This document shows positions 11,277-20,029 of a stretch of 64,000 nucleotides of DNA, piece by piece. Under the pieces are notes generated by a model. The model did no database searches. It saw only the letters and a list, made by a program, of their open reading frames with translations, and was not told the DNA's origin. The position numbers were made by a program, and so were the translations under genes. This DNA comes from an uncultured Chthonomonas sp. (GTDB lineage: Bacteria > Armatimonadota > Chthonomonadetes > Chthonomonadales > CAJBBX01): NCBI GenBank assembly GCA_903951425.1, contig CAJBBX010000127.1, positions 6,452-70,451 of the forward strand. Reading direction: 5' to 3'. Each line of letters starts with the position of its first letter. The first letter of the stretch is position 1.

Positions 11277-12088
11277 CCTACTGGTGGCAGGTCTACCGCG
11301 CCAACCTGCGGGCCTCGTGGGCCATGATGGCCCAGTACCGCATGGTCGTGCTGATTTGGGCGCTCTGGGGCTTTGTGGGTCCGCTGGTCTCGCTGGCGGT
11401 CTGGTCCGCTACCGCGTCGGCGCACGGCGGTCCCGTGGGCCAGGGGGGCGCCAGCTTCACGACCTCCGACTTCGCCGCCTACTTCCTGCTCTTCATGATT
11501 TACGGCCACATCACCATGTCCTGGGACGTGTTCGAGTTCGCCTACCGGGTTCGGACCGGTAGCCTCTCGCCCAAGCTGCTTCGTCCGCTGCACCCGATCC
11601 ACGAGGACGCGGCGTCCAACATAGGGTTCAAGCTCTTCACCACTACGCTGCTCATCCCGATCTGGGCGGCCATCTACCTGATGCTCCGGCCCAGCCCGCC
11701 CACATCGTACTGGTGGATCCCGGCCTCGCTACCGTCGCTGGCCCTGGCGGCCGTCATGCGCTACGTCTTGCAGTACGTGCTGGCGATCCTCTCCTTCTGG
11801 ACCACGCGCATCGACGCCGTGAACCAGCTCTACTTCACACTGGACAGCTTCCTCTCCGGCCGCGTGGCGCCGTTGGCGCTACTCCCCGGGGGCCTGGCCG
11901 CAGCTGCGCAGGCCACGCCGTTCCGCTACATGGGCTCATTCCCGGTGGAAGTCGCGCTCGGTAAGCTGACGCCGCATCAGGTGCTGACCGGCATGGCCGT
12001 CCAGGTCGCCTGGCTTGTGGCGGTCCTGCTCCTGCTCCACTGGACATGGCGGGCAGGGGTGCGCCAGTACTCCGCGGCCGGCGCCTAA
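11270..12088 (+). CDS. ABC-2 family transporter permease
   Basis: Overlaps the ATPase stop by 7 nt. 272 aa with about 6 TM helices, as expected for the permease partner of the preceding ATPase. Confidence 0.7.
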   Translation: MLTYWWQVYRANLRASWAMMAQYRMVVLIWALWGFVGPLVSLAVWSATASAHGGPVGQGGASFTTSDFAAYFLLFMIYGHITMSWDVFEFAYRVRTGSLSPKLLRPLHPIHEDAASNIGFKLFTTTLLIPIWAAIYLMLRPSPPTSYWWIPASLPSLALAAVMRYVLQYVLAILSFWTTRIDAVNQLYFTLDSFLSGRVAPLALLPGGLAAAAQATPFRYMGSFPVEVALGKLTPHQVLTGMAVQVAWLVAVLLLLHWTWRAGVRQYSAAGA

Positions 12089-12098
12089 GACGGGCGTG

Positions 12099-12107
12099 TG
12101 CCATAAT
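12099..12107 (+). promoter_or_regulatory. extended -10-like element TGcCATAAT upstream of dapL
   Basis: TGCCATAAT at 12099..12107, 49 nt before the dapL TTG start. The same 11-mer TGTGCCATAAT recurs at 53891..53901. No clear -35. Confidence 0.3.
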
Positions 12108-12155
12108 CAGCCATAGCCTTCGGGCACCCAAACCAGACCCCAGGAGACGACCCCT

Positions 12156-13340
12156 TTGCCCAGTCCGTCCACGCGCCTGAGCCAAATTCCGCCCTACCTG
12201 TTCGGACAGATCGCCGCACTCAAGGCCAGAGCGGTCGCCGAAGGCCGCGACCTTGTGGACCTCGGCATCGGAGATCCCGACCAGCCCACGCCTGAGCCGA
12301 TCGTCGAGGCGCTCTACTCGGCGGCCAGGAACCCCGAGACACACCGCTACGACGAGTCGCCGCTGGGCGAGGTCGGGTTCATCGAGGCGGTCACGCGCTG
12401 GTTCGGCAACCGGTTCGGCGTCGAGATCGATCCCCGCTCCGAGGCGCTAATGCTGATCGGCTCCAAGGAGGGCCTGGCGCACCTGGCCTGGACCTACATC
12501 GACGCGGGCGACGTCTCGCTGGCGCCGGACCCGGCCTACACGGTCTACCGCGTGAACACGCTCATGGCCGGCGGCGAGGTCTGCTCCATGCCCCTCCTGC
12601 GCGAGCGCGGTTTTGTGCCCGACCTGACGGCGATCCCCACAGACGCCGCCCGCCGCGCCAAGCTCATGTGGCTGAACTACCCGAACAACCCCACCGGCGC
12701 CACGGCGACGCTGCAGTTCTTCCGTGAGGCGGTGGACTTTTGCCGCCAGTACGACATCGTGCTCGTGAACGACGCGGCCTACTCCGAGGTCACGTTTGAC
12801 GGCTACCAGGCGCCCTCCGTCCTGCAGGTCGAAGGCGCGAAGGAGCTGGCGGTCGAGTTCCACTCCTTCTCCAAGATGTTCAACATGACCGGATGGCGCA
12901 TGGGCGTGGCGCTGGGCTGCAAGGATGTGATCTCGGCGCTCAATAGGATGAAGTCGAACATCGATAGCAAGCAGTTCCCAGCTGTCTCCCGCGCCGCCGC
13001 GTACGCCATCGAGAACGTGAGCAACGGGCCATTCCTCGAGGTCATCCGGGAGCGCCGCGACGTGCTGGTGGACGGCCTGGCCTCACTGGGCTGGGACGTG
13101 GAGCGCCCCAAGGCCACCTTTTACGTATGGGCGCCCATCCCCGGCGGTGGATCCAGTATTGGGTTCGCGTCTCGGCTTCTCGAGGAGGCCGGCGTTCTGG
13201 CCATTCCCGGCGTGGGCTACGGGGCCCATGGCGAGGGGTACATCCGGATGTCGTTGACCGTCATCGGCGACCAGCACGGTGATCGGGCCCGCGAAGCCGT
13301 GCGGCGCATCAAGGCCGCCGGTATTGGGGTGAGGGCTTAG
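12156..13340 (+). CDS. dapL: LL-diaminopimelate aminotransferase-like class I/II aminotransferase
   Basis: TTG start with AGGAG upstream. LSQIPPYLFGQIAALK...LGIGDPDQPTP, the PLP-Lys context SFSKMFNMTGWR and NYPNNPTG. Confidence 0.8.
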   Translation: MPSPSTRLSQIPPYLFGQIAALKARAVAEGRDLVDLGIGDPDQPTPEPIVEALYSAARNPETHRYDESPLGEVGFIEAVTRWFGNRFGVEIDPRSEALMLIGSKEGLAHLAWTYIDAGDVSLAPDPAYTVYRVNTLMAGGEVCSMPLLRERGFVPDLTAIPTDAARRAKLMWLNYPNNPTGATATLQFFREAVDFCRQYDIVLVNDAAYSEVTFDGYQAPSVLQVEGAKELAVEFHSFSKMFNMTGWRMGVALGCKDVISALNRMKSNIDSKQFPAVSRAAAYAIENVSNGPFLEVIRERRDVLVDGLASLGWDVERPKATFYVWAPIPGGGSSIGFASRLLEEAGVLAIPGVGYGAHGEGYIRMSLTVIGDQHGDRAREAVRRIKAAGIGVRA

Positions 13341-13343
13341 CGT

Positions 13344-13387
13344 CTCCGCCCCCGGCGGCGATAGGGCATTTGCGCCGGGGGCAGGAG
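13344..13387 (+). terminator. GC-rich hairpin after dapL that includes the hflX Shine-Dalgarno
   Basis: Core stem GCCCCCGGCG (13348..13357) pairs with CGCCGGGGGC (13373..13382) around a 15-nt loop. The outer arms CTCC/aGGAG extend the stem over the hflX SD (AGGAGG, 13383..13388). No U-tract. Confidence 0.45.
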
Positions 13388-13397
13388 GCCCGTAACC

Positions 13398-14690
13398 ATG
13401 GCACGACAATCACAGGAGACAGACGGCGATAGCGAGAAGGCGCTCCTCGTCTGCGTCGAGAACGACGCGACGATCGAGCCCTACGCGGTTCAGGAGCTGA
13501 TAGCGCTCGCAGATACAGCAGGCGCCCGTGTGCTCGAGGTCTTCCACCAGCATCGCCGCGAGCCAGACCCGGCCTTCTACATCGGGCGAGGCAAGGCCGA
13601 GGAGATTCGCGACGCGGAGACCGGCGCAGAGTTGATGATCGTCGATACCGAGTTGTCGCCGACCCAGCAGCGCAACCTGCAAGAGACCACGAACCTCCGG
13701 GTCATCGACCGGACACAGCTCATCCTCGATATCTTCGGGCAGAGGGCCCGAACCCGTGAGGGCAAGCTGCAGGTGGAGCTGGCCCAGCAGATGTACCTGC
13801 TCCCCCGCCTGATGAACGTCTACACCAAGTTTGAGAGGCAGCAGGGAGGCATCGGAGTACGCGGGGGCGCAGGCGAGACCAAGCTGGAGACCGACCGGCG
13901 AAAGGTCCGGGACCACATAGGCGACCTGGAAGAAGAGATCGCGGAGGTACGTAGCCAACGCCGCCAGCAACGGAACCAGCGCGGTAGCCTGCCCTTCCCC
14001 ACCGCTGCACTGGTGGGCTACACGAGCGCCGGCAAGTCCACGCTTCTGAACCGCCTGACGGGCGCCGACGTTATGGCAGACGCAAAGCTCTTCGCCACGC
14101 TGGATCCCACAACGCGCCGGGTGAGCCTGCCCGAAGGCTGGGCCATTCTGCTCACGGACACAGTGGGCTTCATCCGCAACCTGCCCCACGGATTGGTCGC
14201 CGCGTTCCGGGCCACGATGGAGGAGGTTGTAGAGGCGGACTTCCTCATCCACGTGGTGGACGCGGCGCACCCTGAGGCCGCCGTGCAGGAGCGATCAGTC
14301 CTGTCCGTCCTGGACGAACTGGGCGCGGCCGACAAGGCCATGATCACGGTGCTGAACAAGGCCGACGTGGCGCCTGACCGGTTTGCCCTGACCGAGCGCG
14401 TCGCCGCCACGGACAACGCCTGCACGCTCTCCGCCAAGACCGGCGAAGGAATGCAAGACCTGATTGACCGGATCGCGCACACGCTCCGGTCGCTGCTTGT
14501 GCCCGTGCGGGCGCTCCTGCCCTACGACAAACCGAACCTGCTGGCCCAGTGCTACCAGTCCGGCCGCGTACTGGCGCTGGACTACCGGCCGGAAGGGATC
14601 GCGCTACGGGCCGAACTCACTCGGGACCTAGCCGGCCGGTTGGCGCCCTACGCGACGACGATCGAGGCCGAGGCTCCGGTCGAGGGATGA
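13398..14690 (+). CDS. hflX: GTPase HflX
   Basis: HflX N-domain (YIGRGKAEEI), G1 GYTSAGKST, DTVGF and NKAD. Confidence 0.92.
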   Translation: MARQSQETDGDSEKALLVCVENDATIEPYAVQELIALADTAGARVLEVFHQHRREPDPAFYIGRGKAEEIRDAETGAELMIVDTELSPTQQRNLQETTNLRVIDRTQLILDIFGQRARTREGKLQVELAQQMYLLPRLMNVYTKFERQQGGIGVRGGAGETKLETDRRKVRDHIGDLEEEIAEVRSQRRQQRNQRGSLPFPTAALVGYTSAGKSTLLNRLTGADVMADAKLFATLDPTTRRVSLPEGWAILLTDTVGFIRNLPHGLVAAFRATMEEVVEADFLIHVVDAAHPEAAVQERSVLSVLDELGAADKAMITVLNKADVAPDRFALTERVAATDNACTLSAKTGEGMQDLIDRIAHTLRSLLVPVRALLPYDKPNLLAQCYQSGRVLALDYRPEGIALRAELTRDLAGRLAPYATTIEAEAPVEG

Positions 14691-14694
14691 GACC

Positions 14695-14722
14695 GGGCCG
14701 GGCAGGGCAATCTGCCCGGCCC
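14695..14722. terminator. bidirectional hairpin between convergent hflX and PPIase genes
   Basis: Perfect 11-bp stem GGGCCGGGCAG / CTGCCCGGCCC with loop GGCAAT, lying exactly between the two stop codons (14690 and 14733). Confidence 0.6.
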
Positions 14723-14732
14723 CGTTCCGCTG

Positions 14733-15866
14733 CTACTCGATGGGTGCAGTAGGATCGAGGAAGTTGGTGATCTTCGACTTCTTCATGATCCCGGACACTG
14801 TCGCCTGCGCCTTGCTCCGCATGTAGTTCTGCCAGGCCTGGTCACGCTCTGCCGACGGGATATCCCTGCCCTGGCGATCGACCCTGATGAGGTGCCAGCC
14901 GAACTGGCTCCGAACCGGAGCGCCCACCTTGCCTACCTCCTGGGTGAAAGCGGCCTTCTCGAACTCCGCGTCCATCTGGCCCCGGACGAAGACATCGAGC
15001 TTGCCCTCCTTGAACTTGGTTCCGTCATCCGATAGCTCCGTGGCCGACTTCTCAAAGGTCTTCTTGCCGGCGGCGATATCGGCTGCGATGGCATCGATCT
15101 TGACCTTGGCTTCGGCGAAGAGCTTCTCCATATCCGGCGGCGGCGGCGCAGGCTGGCCGGCCTGCGGCACCGTGGGCGGCGGCGGGCTCACACGGATGAG
15201 GATGTGTCGGGCGTCCACATAGTCGGACGCGCCCAGCTTGTGCCCCATCTTGGCCTCCAGCTCCTTCCGGACCATTCCCTCCAGGCAGAGCGACGTGTCG
15301 ACCCCGCGCCGGATCGTCTGACTGCGGTAGCCGAGGGTGGCCAGCACCTTGGCATCACTCATTCCCGTGAGGTTGAGTTGCTTGCGGGCGGTATCGACGG
15401 CCTTGACGAAGGCGGCAGTCGCCTCCGCGGGCTTCGCGACAACACCTGCGGCCTTGGCCGCCTGTCGGATGGCAGTCTCGCGTATCCAGTTCTGGACGGC
15501 GTCCTTAACGACCGCGGACTTGTCCGCAAAGAGCGCCGCCTCTACGCCCGCCCGGGTCACGGTCATGGTTTGGCGCGACCCACGACCGGCAAGCTGCTTC
15601 AGGATGACAGATCCGACGGCTGCAGCTACCGGGCGAGCCCGGTCGGCGTAGCGCTCGTCCAGCGCCGAGATCCGAGCGACCTGGTCAGCGATCAGCTGCC
15701 CCGCGATGGCGCCGCGGGTGACGCGCTCGCCGTTAACGACCGCGACCACATCAGGCGCCGGCGGCTTGGGTGTGGAGGCGGTCTTGGCCTGCCCAAGGGC
15801 GGCGGCGGCCGACGCCAGCGCCGCAAGGGCCAGCGCCGCATGGACGGTCCCGTGTCGTCTAGACAT
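14733..15866 (-). CDS. secreted parvulin-type peptidyl-prolyl isomerase (SurA/PrsA-like)
   Basis: Signal peptide (AALALAALASAAAALGQA). Parvulin core ARHILIRV ... FGWHLIRV. Confidence 0.8.
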   Translation of the reverse strand: MSRRHGTVHAALALAALASAAAALGQAKTASTPKPPAPDVVAVVNGERVTRGAIAGQLIADQVARISALDERYADRARPVAAAVGSVILKQLAGRGSRQTMTVTRAGVEAALFADKSAVVKDAVQNWIRETAIRQAAKAAGVVAKPAEATAAFVKAVDTARKQLNLTGMSDAKVLATLGYRSQTIRRGVDTSLCLEGMVRKELEAKMGHKLGASDYVDARHILIRVSPPPPTVPQAGQPAPPPPDMEKLFAEAKVKIDAIAADIAAGKKTFEKSATELSDDGTKFKEGKLDVFVRGQMDAEFEKAAFTQEVGKVGAPVRSQFGWHLIRVDRQGRDIPSAERDQAWQNYMRSKAQATVSGIMKKSKITNFLDPTAPIE

Positions 15867-15883
15867 AGGTGGTGGTTCTCCTT

Positions 15884-16840
15884 TCAGGGCCGCTCGCGCG
15901 GCACATCATCATCTGGTTCAGCCGGCGCACCGCCGTGGTGCCGGCGTTGGTGTTCCATCTCGGCCTCGAACGGCTCGGCGTGCAGCACCACTTCGGTGCC
16001 GGGCAGCAGGGCGCGGATTCGATCCTCAAGCTCCTCAATGGCCTGGTGGGCATCGACCAGGCTCAGGTGGTCATCAAGCATCACATGGCAGTCGATATGC
16101 CTGGATGATCCCGACTTGCGGGTGCGGAGCTTGTGGAAGCCCAGCACCTGCGCCTCGGCCTCGAGGACGCCGCGGACGATGTCCGTCTCCGCGGTCGGCA
16201 GGCCGGAGTCGAGCAACGGCGCCATGGCGCCCGCAAAGAGGCGCCATGCGGCGGAGACGATCAATAGGGCAACAAGTATGGCAACGATCGGGTCAAGGAC
16301 GTGCAGGCCCGTCCAGCGAACCAGCGCCAGGCCCACCAGAACGCCCACCGAAGTCAGGACGTCAGTACGCAGGTGCTCGGCGTCGGCGTGAAGGGCCATC
16401 GAGTCCGTGCGCTTGGCGACCGCATACAGCCGTCGCGACACGAGCACATTCACTACTACGGAGACTGCCATGACGGCCATGCCCGGCCCGGTTGCGAAAT
16501 CCTCCGTGCCTCGGGCCAGCTTGCTGACGGCCTCATAGATGATCCAGGCCGCGGCGCCGAAGATCAGGGCCGCCTCAGCCATGCCTGAGAGGCTCTCCAC
16601 CTTCCCGTGACCATAGGGGTGTCCGTCGTCGGCGGGCCTGTCCGATATGCGGACGGAGACCAGGGCGATGACACTGGCCACCAGGTCATTAGCCGAGTGC
16701 GCGGCCTCCGACAGCACGCTGACGGAGCCGGTCGTCAGGCCGACAAGGAGCTTCAGAAGCGTCAGCGTGGTATTCGACACGACCGACAACTGAGCCGCCC
16801 CGACCTTGCCGGCTGACGGTCGAGCCGCGAGGATCGTCAT
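15884..16840 (-). CDS. cation diffusion facilitator family transporter
   Basis: 6 TM helices, SEAAHSANDLV and HADAEHLRTDV metal-site motifs, and a C-terminal cytoplasmic domain. ATGA overlap with rsmG. Confidence 0.88.
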   Translation of the reverse strand: MTILAARPSAGKVGAAQLSVVSNTTLTLLKLLVGLTTGSVSVLSEAAHSANDLVASVIALVSVRISDRPADDGHPYGHGKVESLSGMAEAALIFGAAAWIIYEAVSKLARGTEDFATGPGMAVMAVSVVVNVLVSRRLYAVAKRTDSMALHADAEHLRTDVLTSVGVLVGLALVRWTGLHVLDPIVAILVALLIVSAAWRLFAGAMAPLLDSGLPTAETDIVRGVLEAEAQVLGFHKLRTRKSGSSRHIDCHVMLDDHLSLVDAHQAIEELEDRIRALLPGTEVVLHAEPFEAEMEHQRRHHGGAPAEPDDDVPRERP

Positions 16841-17544
16841 CTTCGTGCCCTCGTCCCCGGCCCGGTCGGAGCCACTGGGCGGCGCAGTGCGACCAGGTTC
16901 CGGACGATGCCGGAGCCGGGCAGCGTCGCCGGAACAACAGCCTCCAACTCCAAGCTGCTCCGGGCGATCACCGGTCCGGCCTCGCGCATCTCGCCCTCAA
17001 TGTCGGCGCCCTTGTACGCGACGGCTCGACCGCCGGGCTTGATGTAGGGCGCCAGCCACGGCACCAGACGGGCCATGGGAGCCACTGCCCTCGCCACCAC
17101 CAGGTCCGACCTGTAAACCAGTTCACCGATGCGCTCCTCGGCGCGGCCATGCACGGTGCGGATGCCGCTCAAACCCAGTTTGCCGCAGGCATCCCCTGCA
17201 AAGCGCAGCTTCTTGAGCGTGCTGTCCACCAGTACCACGCGGAGGTGCGGCCACATGATCTTCAGGGGGATGCCGGGAAAGCCCGCGCCGCAGCCCAGGT
17301 CCATCACTGTTCGCACCCGGCGCATGTCTACGGCCTGGCAGATCAGGAGCGAGTCAAGGCAATGCAATTCGACATACCCGCTCACGGGCACACGGGTCAG
17401 GTTCATGACCGCGTTGGCTTCGTAGAGCAGGTCCCGGAGGAGGATCAAGCGGGTGAGCGCCTCGGGCGTTAGTGGGAGGCCCAGGCCGTCACAGCCTTCG
17501 GCCAGCCGCGCAGCATCGGCGGCGAGGTCGTCCGTGGTTGACAT
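16837..17544 (-). CDS. rsmG: 16S rRNA (guanine527-N7)-methyltransferase
   Basis: ORF 16837..17685 reads through the antisense of tRNA-Pro. The true start is the ATG at 17544 (MSTTDDLAAD). SAM motif DLGCGAGFPGIPL. Confidence 0.85.
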   Translation of the reverse strand: MSTTDDLAADAARLAEGCDGLGLPLTPEALTRLILLRDLLYEANAVMNLTRVPVSGYVELHCLDSLLICQAVDMRRVRTVMDLGCGAGFPGIPLKIMWPHLRVVLVDSTLKKLRFAGDACGKLGLSGIRTVHGRAEERIGELVYRSDLVVARAVAPMARLVPWLAPYIKPGGRAVAYKGADIEGEMREAGPVIARSSLELEAVVPATLPGSGIVRNLVALRRPVAPTGPGTRARR

Positions 17545-17567
17545 CAGTCGGCCGATCCGCCCATAAT
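17538..17567 (+). promoter_or_regulatory. sigma-70-type promoter of tRNA-Pro
   Basis: TTGACA (17538..17543), 18-nt spacer, CATAAT (17562..17567). The tRNA 5' end lies 10 nt downstream, so there is almost no leader. Confidence 0.7.
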
Positions 17568-17576
17568 CAGCGTGCT

Positions 17577-17650
17577 CGGGGTGTAGCGCAGCCTGGTAGC
17601 GCACTCGCTTTGGGAGCGAGTGGTCGCCGGTTCGAATCCGGCCACCCCGA
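17577..17650 (+). tRNA. tRNA-Pro (anticodon TGG)
   Basis: Hand-folded cloverleaf: acceptor CGGGGTG/CACCCCG, anticodon stem CTCGC/GCGAG with loop TTTGGGA, T-arm GCCGG-TTCGAAT-CCGGC. 74 nt, no encoded CCA. Confidence 0.93.
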
Positions 17651-17692
17651 TACTCCTTGTCACGCACCCTCCACTCGCCCGCCATCCGTAGC

Positions 17693-18280
17693 TCACGGCT
17701 TGGGCTCCGCGTTGAACCGGTTCATCGCCATCTCGAAGCCGTCGCGCAGGGCGACCTCCACGGCATCAGCCGCCCACAGCACGGCATCGTTCACCAGCAG
17801 GCGTTCAGTCGAAGTGTACCTGCCGAGCACATGGTCGGTGAGTTCCTGCATTCCGCCGCCGCCAACGCCGATGCGCACACGAGGGTGCCCTTGTGAACCC
17901 AAGTGCTGCGCCACCGACTTCAGGCCATTGTGGCCGCCGGCTGAGCCCTGTAGGCGCAACCGCACCTTCCCGACCGGCAAGGCGACATCATCGCTCACTA
18001 CGATGACATGCCCCGGCTCCACGCGGTACATATGTGCTACGGCAGACACGGCCTCACCGGACATGTTCATGTACGTCTGCGGCTTGACGAGGATCACGCG
18101 CACCGCGCCGAAGCGGTACTCGCCCAACAACGCCCGGAACTGCCGTCGCCCGACGGCCACCTGTTGCCGCCGGGCCAGTTCATCCACCACCTCGAAACCC
18201 ACATTGTGCCGCGTTCCGCGGTACCGGTCACCGGGATTGCCCAGGCCGACGACCAGCCGGAACTGGACCGATTCGCTCAC
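17693..18280 (-). CDS. pth: peptidyl-tRNA hydrolase
   Basis: ORF 17693..18478. I place the start at the GTG at 18280, with GGGAGGG 6 nt upstream. VGLGNPGDRYRGTRHNVGF motif. Confidence 0.9.
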   Translation of the reverse strand: MSESVQFRLVVGLGNPGDRYRGTRHNVGFEVVDELARRQQVAVGRRQFRALLGEYRFGAVRVILVKPQTYMNMSGEAVSAVAHMYRVEPGHVIVVSDDVALPVGKVRLRLQGSAGGHNGLKSVAQHLGSQGHPRVRIGVGGGGMQELTDHVLGRYTSTERLLVNDAVLWAADAVEVALRDGFEMAMNRFNAEPKP

Positions 18281-18341
18281 TTGCAGCCCTCCCGGAGACG
18301 CGCAGATTATACCTACGCCGGAGCGGCGCCGCCGAGGACGA

Positions 18342-19244
18342 TCAGCTGAGTGGGTAGCGCCGGCGGAAGATCGATGCCGCAAGCCAGAGGGCGCACAACG
18401 CGCCGATGGTGGGCGGGCTCGTAGGCAAGTCGGTAAGAACGGCGCCGACGTAGCCAGCAACCGTGGCCACCAGGGCAACGGTCACAGAGACGACAAACGC
18501 CGCCCCCATACGGCGCACGAGCTTCAGCGCGGTGGCGGCCGGGAATACCAGATAGGCGAAGACCGCGACCAGCCCGGCCTTGCTAATCGCCACAGAGATC
18601 ACCACCGCCAGTGTGGTGAAGAAGAGAAGCTCCCACCTGCGCACACGGAAGCCTTGCGTGGCAGCCATCTCGGGGTCGAAGCTAACGAAGAGGATCTGAC
18701 GGTGGAAGAGGATGTGGACCAAGGCCACGAGCGCAAAGACGGTCGCCATATGGACAAGGTCGGAAGGCGAGACCGCGATGATGTTGCCGTCCAGCAGTTC
18801 GCGGACATCATCCAAGCCCTTCGGGCTCCGGACAATGAAGACAAGGCTCAGCGCAGACGCCGCGAGATAGGTCATACCGATTGGCGTATCGCCGGGCGCC
18901 GCGCCGCCTGTAGCCGGCCTGGCAAGGAGCGCTGCGCCAATGACCGTGATGACCATTGAGACCGCCAGCGGATCGCGAACCAGATGCTCGAGCGCCACCC
19001 CGACGTGAGGCAGCGGCCCACTCACGTGCATCAGCCGGTGGGCGACCCCTGCCAGCAAGGGACCGATCAGGAATGCGAGGGCGATGCCGGCGCCGGCCAC
19101 CTGGGCCAATGCAGCGCCCACGAAGACGATGCGCCGAAGGACTACATAGACGCCGAGGAACGAGCAGGCTGCCGCCGCCGCCATTCCGGCTATCAGGCCC
19201 GTGGCGTTGAGGCGCAGGCTGTCGAGCACATCGAGCAGCGTCAT
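18342..19244 (-). CDS. metal ABC transporter permease (ABC-3, ZnuB/MntB-like)
   Basis: 300 aa polytopic protein with ABC-3 family architecture. Overlaps the upstream ATPase gene. Confidence 0.85.
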   Translation of the reverse strand: MTLLDVLDSLRLNATGLIAGMAAAAACSFLGVYVVLRRIVFVGAALAQVAGAGIALAFLIGPLLAGVAHRLMHVSGPLPHVGVALEHLVRDPLAVSMVITVIGAALLARPATGGAAPGDTPIGMTYLAASALSLVFIVRSPKGLDDVRELLDGNIIAVSPSDLVHMATVFALVALVHILFHRQILFVSFDPEMAATQGFRVRRWELLFFTTLAVVISVAISKAGLVAVFAYLVFPAATALKLVRRMGAAFVVSVTVALVATVAGYVGAVLTDLPTSPPTIGALCALWLAASIFRRRYPLS

Positions 19245-20026
19245 TGGCGTGTTTCCTCCGCCTGGGCCGACGGCATCACGACCTTCCGGCGGCCCAGCCG
19301 GGCGACCTGGACATCCATGGCGTAGAGGGCCGCAAGGACAGGCTCCGTTACCATCTCCTCGACGGCCCCGACACGGATGCGCCCTTCCCCCACCAGCACG
19401 ACGTTCTCAACGTGGTTGACCACCGTGTTCAGCAGGTGGCTGACCATCACCACGGTGAGGCCGTGCTCACGCCTCAAGTGGTCGATGAGAAGCATCATCG
19501 AGTGCTCGGCAGGCAGATCCATGCCGTTGGTCGGCTCATCCATCAGCAGCAGTGACGGACTACCTGCAAGGGCTCGGGCGAGCAGCACACGCTGCTTCTG
19601 GCCGCCGGAGAGCGAACGGAAGGGCCGCTCCGACTGGTCGGCCAGGCCGACATGCGCCAGCGCCTCCATCCCAGCCTCGCGCTCGGGCTTCCCGAGGCGG
19701 TGCAGGGCCCCTACGCGGCGGTAGAGGCCCATCATCACGATGTCGAGCACCGTCAGCGGATATTCTGGGTCAACGGTGTCGCGCTGGGGCACGTAGCCCA
19801 CGGTAACGCCGGCGAAGCGAGTGACCTCGCCGGCGATGGGTCTGAGCAGGCCGAGGACCGACCGGAGCAGCGTGGTCTTGCCGCTGCCGTTCGGTCCGAC
19901 GATCCCGACATGGTCGCCCTGCCGGATATCAAGGTCGACCCCTGTGAGCACCGACCTGCCGGCATAGCCGAGAGAAGCCGATCGGATTTGAACCAGCACG
20001 CCGGGCATCTCGCCGTTGGCTTCCAC
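19241..20026 (-). CDS. metal ABC transporter ATP-binding protein (ZnuC-like)
   Basis: Walker A GPNGSGKTT, signature LSGGQKQR and Walker B LLLMDEPT. The start is either the GTG at 20026 or the ATG at 20008. Confidence 0.88.
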   Translation of the reverse strand: MEANGEMPGVLVQIRSASLGYAGRSVLTGVDLDIRQGDHVGIVGPNGSGKTTLLRSVLGLLRPIAGEVTRFAGVTVGYVPQRDTVDPEYPLTVLDIVMMGLYRRVGALHRLGKPEREAGMEALAHVGLADQSERPFRSLSGGQKQRVLLARALAGSPSLLLMDEPTNGMDLPAEHSMMLLIDHLRREHGLTVVMVSHLLNTVVNHVENVVLVGEGRIRVGAVEEMVTEPVLAALYAMDVQVARLGRRKVVMPSAQAEETRQ

Positions 20027-20029
20027 GGG

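Noticed and set aside
17577-17650. tRNA-Pro and tRNA-Arg (59872..59946) as integration sites of genomic islands.
   Set aside because: There are no integrase genes, no direct repeats of the tRNA 3' ends nearby, and the flanking genes are housekeeping.
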